Under the pieces are notes generated by a model, which saw nothing but the letters and a program-made list of their open reading frames with translations, had not been told where the DNA came from and did not search any database. This document shows, in pieces, positions 30,136 to 39,200 of a stretch of DNA of 64,000 nucleotides. Each line of letters begins with the position of its first letter. Position 1 is the first letter of the stretch. The stretch comes from Candidatus Latescibacterota bacterium. Lineage in GTDB: Bacteria; Latescibacterota; UBA2968. The position numbers and the translations under genes are program-made. Location: NCBI GenBank assembly GCA_965204745.1, contig OZ242010.1, positions 4,544,001 through 4,608,000 on the forward strand, given 5' to 3'.

Positions 30136-30967
30136 CGGTGTATCTCTTCAGGTGATCGGGCAGGTGATCCAAAAACCACTTGCCCGATTGCGGGATTTCC
30201 CAGGGAATGTCGATTTTGTGATTGCGATCTCGAAACCCAATCGCACACGAGAGTCGCGTCTCGTCCAACCGGTTGGGAAACGCGCCGTGATACGTGCGAT
30301 GGGCAAAGACGATCATGTCGCCCCCGTTGGTGAACAGGGGCACCAACCCCGGAATATCAAACCCGGCGTATTGGTGTTCAGGCTCGCCTTCGGGATAAAA
30401 CGAGCGTCTGTCCGCGGTCAAGTTGAATCCTGCGGGACCTTCCCAATTCTCGACATGGGAATTTTCGATCACGCACAAGCCGCCGTGAACCGGGCGCGAG
30501 CCGGTCAGATAAAACCACTTGCCCGACGGCCACAGCCCGCGGTTCAACACGTCGCCCGTACTCGCGATTTTGTCGGAAAACCCACACCAATCCGTATGCC
30601 AGCGCACGGGTTGAGACCCGGACATGCGGATGATCGCGGCGGAGCGGTGGATGGTCAATTCGTCCGTGCCGATCAAATACCGGTGGATGTCCATAAACGG
30701 TTCGTAGTCCAAAAGTTCCCACGCGCCTGGGCCGGATTCGATCCACGCATGGCGCGTGCGGCTCTCGCCATCTGTCAACATGCCTTCGGGATCCGTGCCG
30801 TCATACACGGCTCGTTTCAGGCTTTCGACGATCTCGTCGGGCAACACATCCTTGACAATCGCAAACCCGTGCGCGTCGAGGCAGTCGGACATGGCGTCGA
30901 GTTCATCGGTCGCAAACTCGTAGCAATAGCCCAAGTCGGGTTTTTCGATGTGCGAGTAGTCTGTCAT
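30095..30967 (-). CDS. Phytanoyl-CoA dioxygenase family (2OG-Fe) protein
   Basis: HGFAIVKDVL, WHTD, GGLCVIENSH, GDMIVFAHRTYHGA. Confidence 0.85.
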   Translation of the reverse strand: MTDYSHIEKPDLGYCYEFATDELDAMSDCLDAHGFAIVKDVLPDEIVESLKRAVYDGTDPEGMLTDGESRTRHAWIESGPGAWELLDYEPFMDIHRYLIGTDELTIHRSAAIIRMSGSQPVRWHTDWCGFSDKIASTGDVLNRGLWPSGKWFYLTGSRPVHGGLCVIENSHVENWEGPAGFNLTADRRSFYPEGEPEHQYAGFDIPGLVPLFTNGGDMIVFAHRTYHGAFPNRLDETRLSCAIGFRDRNHKIDIPWEIPQSGKWFLDHLPDHLKRYTDGYTSIDTTWRGA

Positions 30968-31000
30968 GATTTCCTCCAAAGAAAAAAAGAGAGATGGGGA

Positions 31001-31425
31001 GCCACAAAAGGCACAAAAGGCACAAAAGGGGTACAATTGGCGATAGCCCGTTCAAAGGCACGAGCGGGGTACAACTGGCGACAGCCAGTTCAAAGGCGTA
31101 GGGGCGATGCCCGTGCTCGCCCGAAGATACAAGATGGGAGTTTAGCCACAAAAGGCACGAGCGGGGTACAACTGGCGACAGCCAGTTCAAAGGCGAGCAG
31201 TGAGTGTAGGTCTTCTCCCGTCTTGTATCTTATACCAATTTGATTTTATATTAGCCGCCTCCTGCCTCACATCAGAAATAAATAAGCGTTCCGTAGGGAT
31301 CATTGCTGGTCTAAAACGTTTGGCCTTACAGCCTTGGGGTGGAAGGGTGGGGACTGACTACTGACTACTGACCACTGACCACTGCCTCTTGCCTCTCCCG
31401 TCTTGCCTCTCACCTCTCACCTTTT
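31001..31425. repeat. Cluster of GGGGTACAACTGGCGAYAGCCAGTTCAAAG palindromic repeats, a GTAG-REP and heptamer repeats
   Basis: Same units at about 1750-1840 (reverse) and 63440-63540; GTAGGGGCGATGCCCGTGCTCGCCC near 31098. Confidence 0.85.
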
Positions 31426-31450
31426 TCCGTGCTCCCCCGTCAGAGTCGTC

Positions 31451-34030
31451 TTATTCAAACGCCGAGGTGCGGATTTTGTATTGCACGGGGCCGTCGATTG
31501 AGCGGAGCGGGAAGAAGCAATGGGCGATGCCCGTTTTTGTCATGCGAAAACCGGGGTCGTCTGCGAGTGCGATTTTGTCGGCATCTATGCGTTGAACGCG
31601 TAAGCCACGGGTCGTGCCATCGCCGAATGTCACTATGGCGATGGTGCCGGCGATGGCGTCGATCTCAGGTGCGTCCGTTACGACGAGGGCATGGTACGGC
31701 GCACCGTCTTGGATTCGCAACACATCTGTGACCTGCCCTTCGTGCGTTCCGCCGCCGGTTAATTGCGTGGTTTGCCATTGCAGTTTTTGCCCGCCCCACA
31801 AGCCCATCGTTTGCACTGTGCCGTCTCGTTCTCGCACAAACCCGACTTCGCCCTGTAAGGTGAGGTCGCCAGCGCGAAAGGGTTTCTCGCCGGGGTGCAA
31901 GACGATGTGATCCGTGACGCCTCGGTGGCGGATGGCGAGGTAGATGCCGTGCGTGCCGATGTTTGTTGCGTTGACAGAGTCGATAAATGCCCGGTCTCGA
32001 AAGGGTTCGTGAACGGCCGCAAATTGGCTCGCTGATTCCCCGGTGTGGCGCACCATGAGCATGGGCATGCGAAAGTGGTCCAGCGCTGGCTCGTCTTCGT
32101 TTGCGCGGCGCACAGAGGGGGCGTCGCCCATGAAGATGTCGCGGTTTTCCGTTCCGAGGAGGTGAATCCGCACCGCAATCCCGTCGTTTTCCCGGAATGT
32201 GACGCGGGCATTTTTCGCGCCCTTGCCGCGCGATGCGTTTTGGAAAAATGCGTAGCCGATGTTTCGGCCCTGTGCGTCGCCATGGTCGCGCTCGTGTTCG
32301 GGCAAGCGCGCAGTCACGCCCGGCAACAGGTTTTCGCCGTAGGGTTGCAAGGGAATGTCGGTTTCGGCCCGCATGTCATTATCCGCGCTACCGTGGATAA
32401 CCCAGTCGCGTTGCTGACCGCCGCGCACATAAAAGAGATCGACCGCGTAGTGATCCCCGTCTCCGGCGTTGACGAGCATGACCCAGCGGCGATACGTTTT
32501 GGCGAGGTCGGGGTACGCGCCTTCGCCACGCGCTTCCAGCCATTGCACGTCGCGGTGCGCGGCTTCGTACGCGAGCAGGGATCCGTCCGTCAGCCCCCGT
32601 CTGTTGTCGAGTTGCTGTTCGCGTTCGTCGATGAGTACGGTATTGTGACACAAGGTGCTGAGGGTCCACTTGCGATAGCGGGTGTGCGTGTAGCCCACGT
32701 CGGAGAGCAGTTCGCGGCCTTTGGCGAAAAGTACGAGGTTCAAATTGTCGGCATGGGCGTGCCCGTAAGCCCCGGAAAAGTGGAGATGCACTTGCACTTG
32801 ATCTTTGCCTTTTCCGCGCCCCAACCACGCATGCCCAACCCCGGGTAGCAGGGTTGAGCGCGATTGTGCAAGCGGTTTGAGATCGGGATCGACGCGCTTG
32901 CCGTCCAACTGCGCCCATGCATCGTGCATGGGGATCCACCGCCCATCTGGATAGCGGCAAATATCCAAAAGCCGATTGGCCTTTTTTACGATAGCGAGGT
33001 CGCGCTCCAAATCGAGATCGTCGTATCGCACGACCTCGGCAGACGCATAGCCCGGCGGATCTGAATATCCCTTCAGCGCGTCGAACACTTCTTGCATTCC
33101 GGCCATGGTCATCCGGTGGTAGCCCAAGCTGCCTTCGTGCCAAAATCCATCTGCGTAAAACTGACGCTCGAATAGGCCGATGCTGCGTTGAATGGCTTCG
33201 CGCACTAAGTCGGGATCGCGGAGCACGCGCCCGATCACCGCGTACCCGGCGTAAATCCGAGGGCTCGCATTGGTATAGAGAACCCCGTGAAAACCGTCTT
33301 GGCGAATGGCCCCGCGGAAAAGGTCGTGCGCGATGTGGTGGTTGACGTCAATGCCGAGGGCATCGGACAATCGCGCCAGTTCGCCGCTTTTGTAAATCGC
33401 GTCGTAGGCCATTGCCAAATTGGTCGGCATTTCATCGTGCCGCCACCGCCCCCACTTGCCGCCAAAATTTGGATAGGGCGGTTCAAGTACAAAGCCCTTT
33501 TGCTCGTGCGGCCGGTCATAGCTTACGAGAAAACCGGGATAGTATCGGGCGAATGCGTCCAAAATTAACGCCACGCGCCGCGCATAATCCCCGTCGCCAG
33601 TCGCCTGATAGAGTTGCCCCAAGTCTTCTGCGATAGCCGCAAAATACCCCCGCGCTTCCCGCCACGCCTTGGCCCGAAAGTGGTAGCGATACCCGGTTTC
33701 ATCTTCCCAAAACGGATAGGTCACGGCCTCGCCGACGGGGTTGACGACCGTCAGCAGTTGATCATCGGGATACCGCGCATTGGGAAAGGCCATTTCGCAA
33801 TAGCGACACTGCACGCGGTGCGGGTCGTTGATGGACCATCGCAACTGCCCCTCTTGGGCACCTGCGTCACAATGGGGACATCCCACAAAGCGGAATCCCG
33901 TCTTGTCCGGGATCAATGCGACCATCTCCGCTTCGGACAGGGCCATCACCGGGCGCACGCGCCGCTTCAATCGCGCGACCTCTCGCTCCGTCAAATTCAC
34001 GCGATATATTGGATGCTCTTCTGCCTGCAT
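31451..34030 (-). CDS. Heparinase II/III-like polysaccharide lyase family protein
   Basis: DGFWHEGSLGYH, GHAHADNLNL, LLSDVGY, STLCHNTVLIDE. Confidence 0.85.
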   Translation of the reverse strand: MQAEEHPIYRVNLTEREVARLKRRVRPVMALSEAEMVALIPDKTGFRFVGCPHCDAGAQEGQLRWSINDPHRVQCRYCEMAFPNARYPDDQLLTVVNPVGEAVTYPFWEDETGYRYHFRAKAWREARGYFAAIAEDLGQLYQATGDGDYARRVALILDAFARYYPGFLVSYDRPHEQKGFVLEPPYPNFGGKWGRWRHDEMPTNLAMAYDAIYKSGELARLSDALGIDVNHHIAHDLFRGAIRQDGFHGVLYTNASPRIYAGYAVIGRVLRDPDLVREAIQRSIGLFERQFYADGFWHEGSLGYHRMTMAGMQEVFDALKGYSDPPGYASAEVVRYDDLDLERDLAIVKKANRLLDICRYPDGRWIPMHDAWAQLDGKRVDPDLKPLAQSRSTLLPGVGHAWLGRGKGKDQVQVHLHFSGAYGHAHADNLNLVLFAKGRELLSDVGYTHTRYRKWTLSTLCHNTVLIDEREQQLDNRRGLTDGSLLAYEAAHRDVQWLEARGEGAYPDLAKTYRRWVMLVNAGDGDHYAVDLFYVRGGQQRDWVIHGSADNDMRAETDIPLQPYGENLLPGVTARLPEHERDHGDAQGRNIGYAFFQNASRGKGAKNARVTFRENDGIAVRIHLLGTENRDIFMGDAPSVRRANEDEPALDHFRMPMLMVRHTGESASQFAAVHEPFRDRAFIDSVNATNIGTHGIYLAIRHRGVTDHIVLHPGEKPFRAGDLTLQGEVGFVRERDGTVQTMGLWGGQKLQWQTTQLTGGGTHEGQVTDVLRIQDGAPYHALVVTDAPEIDAIAGTIAIVTFGDGTTRGLRVQRIDADKIALADDPGFRMTKTGIAHCFFPLRSIDGPVQYKIRTSAFE

Positions 34031-34149
34031 AGCGAACCCTCCCGAGAAAATTTGCACTGCGTTAAAAAAACACGAGCGCGTTGACATGGTCTATCCAGTT
34101 CCCTACCTTGTTCCCATTGCAAATCCAAACGCAATTCTTGGAGAAAGCG

Positions 34150-34332
34150 ATGATACAAAAAATCGTTCACAAGCGAAACATAACAACGCATGATCAGGCG
34201 AAAGAAGATCTAGCCTATTGGCTGAGTCGGCCCGCGGAAGAGCGGGTTTTGGCCGTGGATCATCTCAGGCGACAACATCATGGAAGCACAGCGAGACTTC
34301 AAAGAGTTGCTCGCGTTGTTCAACGCGCATAA
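34150..34332 (+). CDS. Small protein of the type found upstream of minimal nucleotidyltransferases (putative TA partner)
   Basis: DLAYWLSRPAEERVLAVDHLRR...RLQRV pattern; overlaps the next ORF. Confidence 0.65.
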   Translation: MIQKIVHKRNITTHDQAKEDLAYWLSRPAEERVLAVDHLRRQHHGSTARLQRVARVVQRA

Positions 34333-34390
34333 TGTCGAATACGCGATTGTGGGCGCTTACGCACTTTCATTTTACGGCGTGCCGCCATGA
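34280..34390 (+). pseudogene. Truncated nucleotidyltransferase
   Basis: MEAQRDFKELLALFNAHNVEYAIVGAYALSFYGVPP* stops just before the expected R-x-T-x-D-x-D catalytic motif. Confidence 0.7.
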
Positions 34391-34529
34391 TTGCAAGAGG
34401 GTGCGAATGCTCAATCCCTCCAAGTGGTCGAGCAATGTGGTTTGAATCCGCTCGACGGTTGCTGTTGCGAGAGCACTTGCATCAATTCTACCTCGCGTTC
34501 TCGCTCCTTATTAGACCACGCAACAAAAC

Positions 34530-34563
34530 AAGCCCGGGTTCGCGAGGAACTCGGGCTTTTGGT
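34530..34563. terminator. Hairpin terminator AAGCCCGGGTTC...GAACTCGGGCTTT (second copy at about 41557-41588)
   Basis: GC stem with T tail; copy 2 follows the stop at 41527. Confidence 0.7.
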
Positions 34564-34666
34564 TTTTCGCAAAAACCAAGCGCGCTTCGGTGGCGGGGCG
34601 AAGCCTGAAAGTTGAGAACAAATGATATTACGCAATGTCCCGCTTGTCATTCATCGGGGAATCGCG

Positions 34667-35662
34667 TCAGGCTTCCGCATCTAACACGCGCTGAAAGGCA
34701 TCCAGATCATCCGCTTGCATCGCCGAGCGAAGCAACTGCTTGAGCCGTTGCAAATCGTCGATGGTCGCAATGCGAGCGGTGAACTGGCCGGCCACCCCCG
34801 CATCAAAGCGAATCTCCAACGCTTCTCGGATGCTCTCTCGAATGCCCTGCTCAATGCCCTGCTCAATGCCCTGCTCAATGCCCTGCTCAATGCCCTGCTC
34901 AATGCCCTGCTCAATGCCCTGCTCAATGCCCTGCTCGATGCCCTGCTCGATGAACTGTTCCTTGAACTGCTCCTGGATCTGTTCCTTGAGGTATTGGGCA
35001 AACGATGACTCACGCATAATCGCGTCCATAAAACCCTCCTGTAAAAAAATCCGCGTGATGGTGGGCAGATCATAAGCCAACCCACTCAAAACCGCCAAGC
35101 TATTCAAAAAATTAGCCTTTTCTGATTGATCCAACGAAACCGAATCGCTCCTGCGAACACACTCGCGCAACCAGTCCTCGGAAGCCACCCCCACAGGAGG
35201 TTGCATCAACGGCGCGAAAGGAAGCAAGCCCGGATGACCACCCTCGAGGATACCTTGCCCGTCTATCTCGGTCAATCGAAGCACCTTGTATTCTACAAAG
35301 ACGCGATGGTCGGGAAGTTCTTGAATGTAGTATCCTTCATCGCGGCGCCCGGCATTGGGACGCAGGTAGATGACAAAGGCATAGACCGGCAGGTCATAGC
35401 GTTCGATGAGGCGGAGGATATAGATCGCCATGCGAAGAGCCATATTCGCGCTGTCGGTGGTTTGAAATTCGATGTGTACCAAGGCTTCCTCGCCATCGAT
35501 CCGCACGCGAATCACGCTATCGACCATGCGCGTTTCAATCCTCGGGAGTTCGGTGTCGAGAACTTCTTCAATTTCGACATCATCGCGTCCGAGTGCCAAG
35601 TGGACGAGGTCTTGGGGGTAGATGTGAATCAACTGCTTGGGAATCGTGTCGTATTCTGCCAT
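34667..35662 (-). CDS. Rpn family (PD-(D/E)XK recombination-promoting nuclease/putative transposase) with (EQGI)9 repeat
   Basis: RMVDSVI, HIEFQT, MALRMAIY, VIYL; 12-bp tandem repeat at 34841-34948; C-terminal LEIRF...DLQRLKQLL. Confidence 0.88.
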   Translation of the reverse strand: MAEYDTIPKQLIHIYPQDLVHLALGRDDVEIEEVLDTELPRIETRMVDSVIRVRIDGEEALVHIEFQTTDSANMALRMAIYILRLIERYDLPVYAFVIYLRPNAGRRDEGYYIQELPDHRVFVEYKVLRLTEIDGQGILEGGHPGLLPFAPLMQPPVGVASEDWLRECVRRSDSVSLDQSEKANFLNSLAVLSGLAYDLPTITRIFLQEGFMDAIMRESSFAQYLKEQIQEQFKEQFIEQGIEQGIEQGIEQGIEQGIEQGIEQGIEQGIEQGIRESIREALEIRFDAGVAGQFTARIATIDDLQRLKQLLRSAMQADDLDAFQRVLDAEA

Positions 35663-35848
35663 GGGGAACCTCCTGAGATTGTTTGAACGACTTGCGGAAC
35701 AACAATAAATAATCCGCAATCCCTCGCGCGATGTCAAGGGATTTTCCCATCCGTGCCCAACCGCTCTACCCAACAGCCCATCCGTGTCTGAATCGCGGAT
35801 TAAACGGATTAGGGGATTGCGCGGATTACCTCACACCGCCCTACCGCA

Positions 35849-36111
35849 GGACCTATCCCCCCGGCCCCCGTTATTCGCTTCGCTCATTGTAGGCTACGCC
35901 TGTGCCTACGAGGAAAGGGGGAGCGCATGGCTTTCTTGAAGGTTTGTATCCCTGGCTGTTTTGATGGCTTTGAGCGAATGGATCACGCCATGAACCCCAA
36001 AAAACCGCTCGCCATTCCCCTCGGAAGACCCATCGCCATTCCCCCTTCCTCGCAGGCACAGGCGTAGCCTACAACGAAGCGTAACGAGTAACGGGGCCAG
36101 GGGGTAGGTCC
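35849..36111. repeat. REPIN-like element (~260 bp) with inverted ends
   Basis: GGACCTATCCCCCCGGCCCC...GGGGCCAGGGGGTAGGTCC ends, each carrying the 35-bp module; core shared with 41770, 47490 and 60080. Confidence 0.85.
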
Positions 36112-36244
36112 CAATTCCCATCGTCACTTTTAGGCTTGACAAGAAACAGGGTGGTACCTTAACTTGTCTCCAGCATCGTTATTTTTCGCACGCAGGCAAA
36201 AGCGCAGGCCTGCACAACTCGTTCTATTTTTCGGGAGGGATCAC

Positions 36245-39200
36245 ATGTTGACTGCCATTTTTCGACGTTGTTCAAACCTGTTTGGAGGCCACCGTTCCCC
36301 TGCGAAAAGAGGGGTTCATGTCGCCCATCCCCGTCTTGGCGTGCCGTTCTATTTCATTGCAAATCAGTCTGTTTTGTTGGCTATGGTCGCGCTGGTTTTG
36401 CTGATGGCATCAGGGCCGGCTTTTGCCCAAACCGACTACGATACGGACAACGACAACCTGATTGACATCAACAACTTGGCGCAACTGAATGCCATTCGCT
36501 GGGACCTCAACGGCGATGGTGCCATAGACGCAAGTGCCTCGACCGCCGATACGACCGCCTACAACACCGCCTTTTCCAACGCCATGTCGGGCATGGGTTG
36601 CCCTGCCACCTGCACCGGCTACGAGCTGATGAGCAACTTAGACTTCGACGAGAACAGTGACAACGAAATCACCGCAGCAGACGCCACCTACTGGAACAGC
36701 GGCACGGGCTGGGATCCCATCGCCCGCGACCCTTCAGGGCAGCGATTCGCAACCACCCTCAAAGGCAACGGCCACACCATTGACAACCTGTTCATCAATC
36801 GCAGCAGCAATAACCAAGGGCTGTTCGCCGCCGTCGAAAATGGCGCCCGCATCGAATCCCTCGGCATAACCAACGCCAGTGTCACCGCAAGTGAGTATGT
36901 CGGCATTCTAACCGCCAACAATTACGGCGAAATCGTCGCCTGTTACACCACCGGCGCGATAAGTGCCTCCAACTTTGCCGGCGGGCTGGCAGGCTTTCAT
37001 CACTCCGACGCCGGCACTGCAGCCACTATAACTACGAGCTACTCCACCGCTTCCGTCACCTCAGGCGCAAATGGCGGAGGGCTTGTGGGGAGGAGCTCCC
37101 AGGTTGCCGGAGCAACAACTACTATAATAAACTCATACTCCACAGGCGCGGTTAGCACCGGCGGAGGGTTAATAGGGAGTAATAACTTAGGCACCACAAC
37201 CGCTAGCTACTGGGACACCTCAACCAGCGGCCGCGCCACCAGCGCGCTCGGAACGGGCTACGCCACCGCCGCCCTCCAGGGCCCCACCGACTACACCGGC
37301 ATCTACACCGCCTGGAACGCCAACATCGACGGACAAGCCGGCAACGACGATCCGTGGGCCTTTGGCACGGCGTATCAGTATCCCGTATTGAAATATGCCA
37401 GCATGGACACCGCGGTGCAGTTCGCTGCCCAGCCCGTGCGTTATGACACGGATAGCGATGGCCTCATCGAGGTTTCGAGCTTGGCACAACTCAATGCCAT
37501 ACGCTGGGATCTCAATGGCGATGGTGCCATAGACACAAGTGCCACGACCAGCGATACGACCGCCTACAACACCGCATTCCCCAGACGCGACTCGCGCTCT
37601 GGTAGCCGGATGGGTTGCCCATCCGGTTGCACCGGCTACGAGTTGATGAACAACCTGGACTTCGACGAGAACAGTGACAACGCAATCACCGCAGCAGACG
37701 CCACCTACTGGAACAGCGGCACGGGCTGGGATCCCATCGCCCGCGACCCTGCAGGGCAACAATTCGAAACCACTCTCAAAGGCAACGGCCACACCATCGA
37801 CAACCTGTTCATCAATCGCAGCAGCAATAACCAAGGGCTGTTCGCCGCCGTCGGAAATGGCGGGCGCATCGAAGCCCTCGGCGTAACCAACGCCAGCGTC
37901 ACCGCAAGTGAGTATGTCGGCATTCTATCCGGCAACAACTACGGCGAAATCGTCGCCTGCTATACCACCGGATCGATAACCGGCACCAACTTTATCGGCG
38001 GGCTGGCAGGCTTGCAGTCCGGCCGCACCGGTGCTCCAGCCACTATAACTACGAGCTACTCCACCGCTTCCGTCACCTCAAACGCAGCGAATGTAGGCGG
38101 GCTTGTGGGGAGGACCTTCCAGGCTGCCGGATCAAGCTCAACCATAATAAACTCATACTCCACAGGCGCGGTTAGCTCCACCGGCGGCGGGTTAATAGGG
38201 AGTAATAACTCAGGCACCGCAACCGCTAGCTACTGGGACACCACAACCAGCGGCCGCGCCACCAGCGCGCTCGGAACGGGCTACGCCACCGCCGACCTCC
38301 AGGCCCCCACCGACTACACCGGCATCTACACCGCCTGGAACGCCAACATCGACGGACAAGCCGGCAACGATGATCCGTGGAACTTTGGCACGGCGTATCA
38401 GTATCCCGTATTGAAATATGACGGCATGGACACCGCGGTGCAGTTCGCTGCCCAGCCCGTGCGTTATGACACGGATAGCGATGGCCTCATCGAGGTTTCG
38501 AGCTTGGCACAACTCAATGCCATGCGCTGGGATCTCAATGGCGATGGTGCCATAGACGCAAGTGCCTCAACCAGCGATACGACCGCCTACAACACCGCAT
38601 TCCCCCGCCGCGACTCGCGCTCTGGTAGCCGGATGGGTTGCCCTTCCGCCTGCACCGGCTACGAGTTGATGAACAACTTGGACTTCAATACCGATGGCAG
38701 TTACCCCAACTGGACGGGCATCGGTGTGGCGGCCAGCGGCGCTGCAACCGCCTTCTCTGCCACCTTTGACGGCAATGACAACACCATTTCCAACTTGTCT
38801 ATCAATTCCAGTACCAGCACCGCCACCGGCGGCGGTTTCATCGGTCTGTTCGGCGATGTCAGCGGCACGATTAGAGATGTGGGCTTGTTGGACGTGAATA
38901 TCACCAACACCCGCACTTCCACCGCCAGTTCAAACAACTTTGGTCGAACCGGTGCCTTGGCGGGTCGCCTCAGTTCCGGCGGCACGGTGCGCGGGAGCTA
39001 CGTTGCCGGCGGCTCCGTAACCCACACCACCAGCAGTACCAGTTTTGGCTCTCTCGGCTGTCTATTGGGCTACTCCGAGGGCACCGTCCGCGACAGCTAC
39101 GCCACCTGCAATGCGACCGGAGCGAACAATAATACGCTTTCTATCGGCGGCCTGATCGGGGAAACCCAAGGTACCGTCGATTCCACCTACGCCACTGGGA

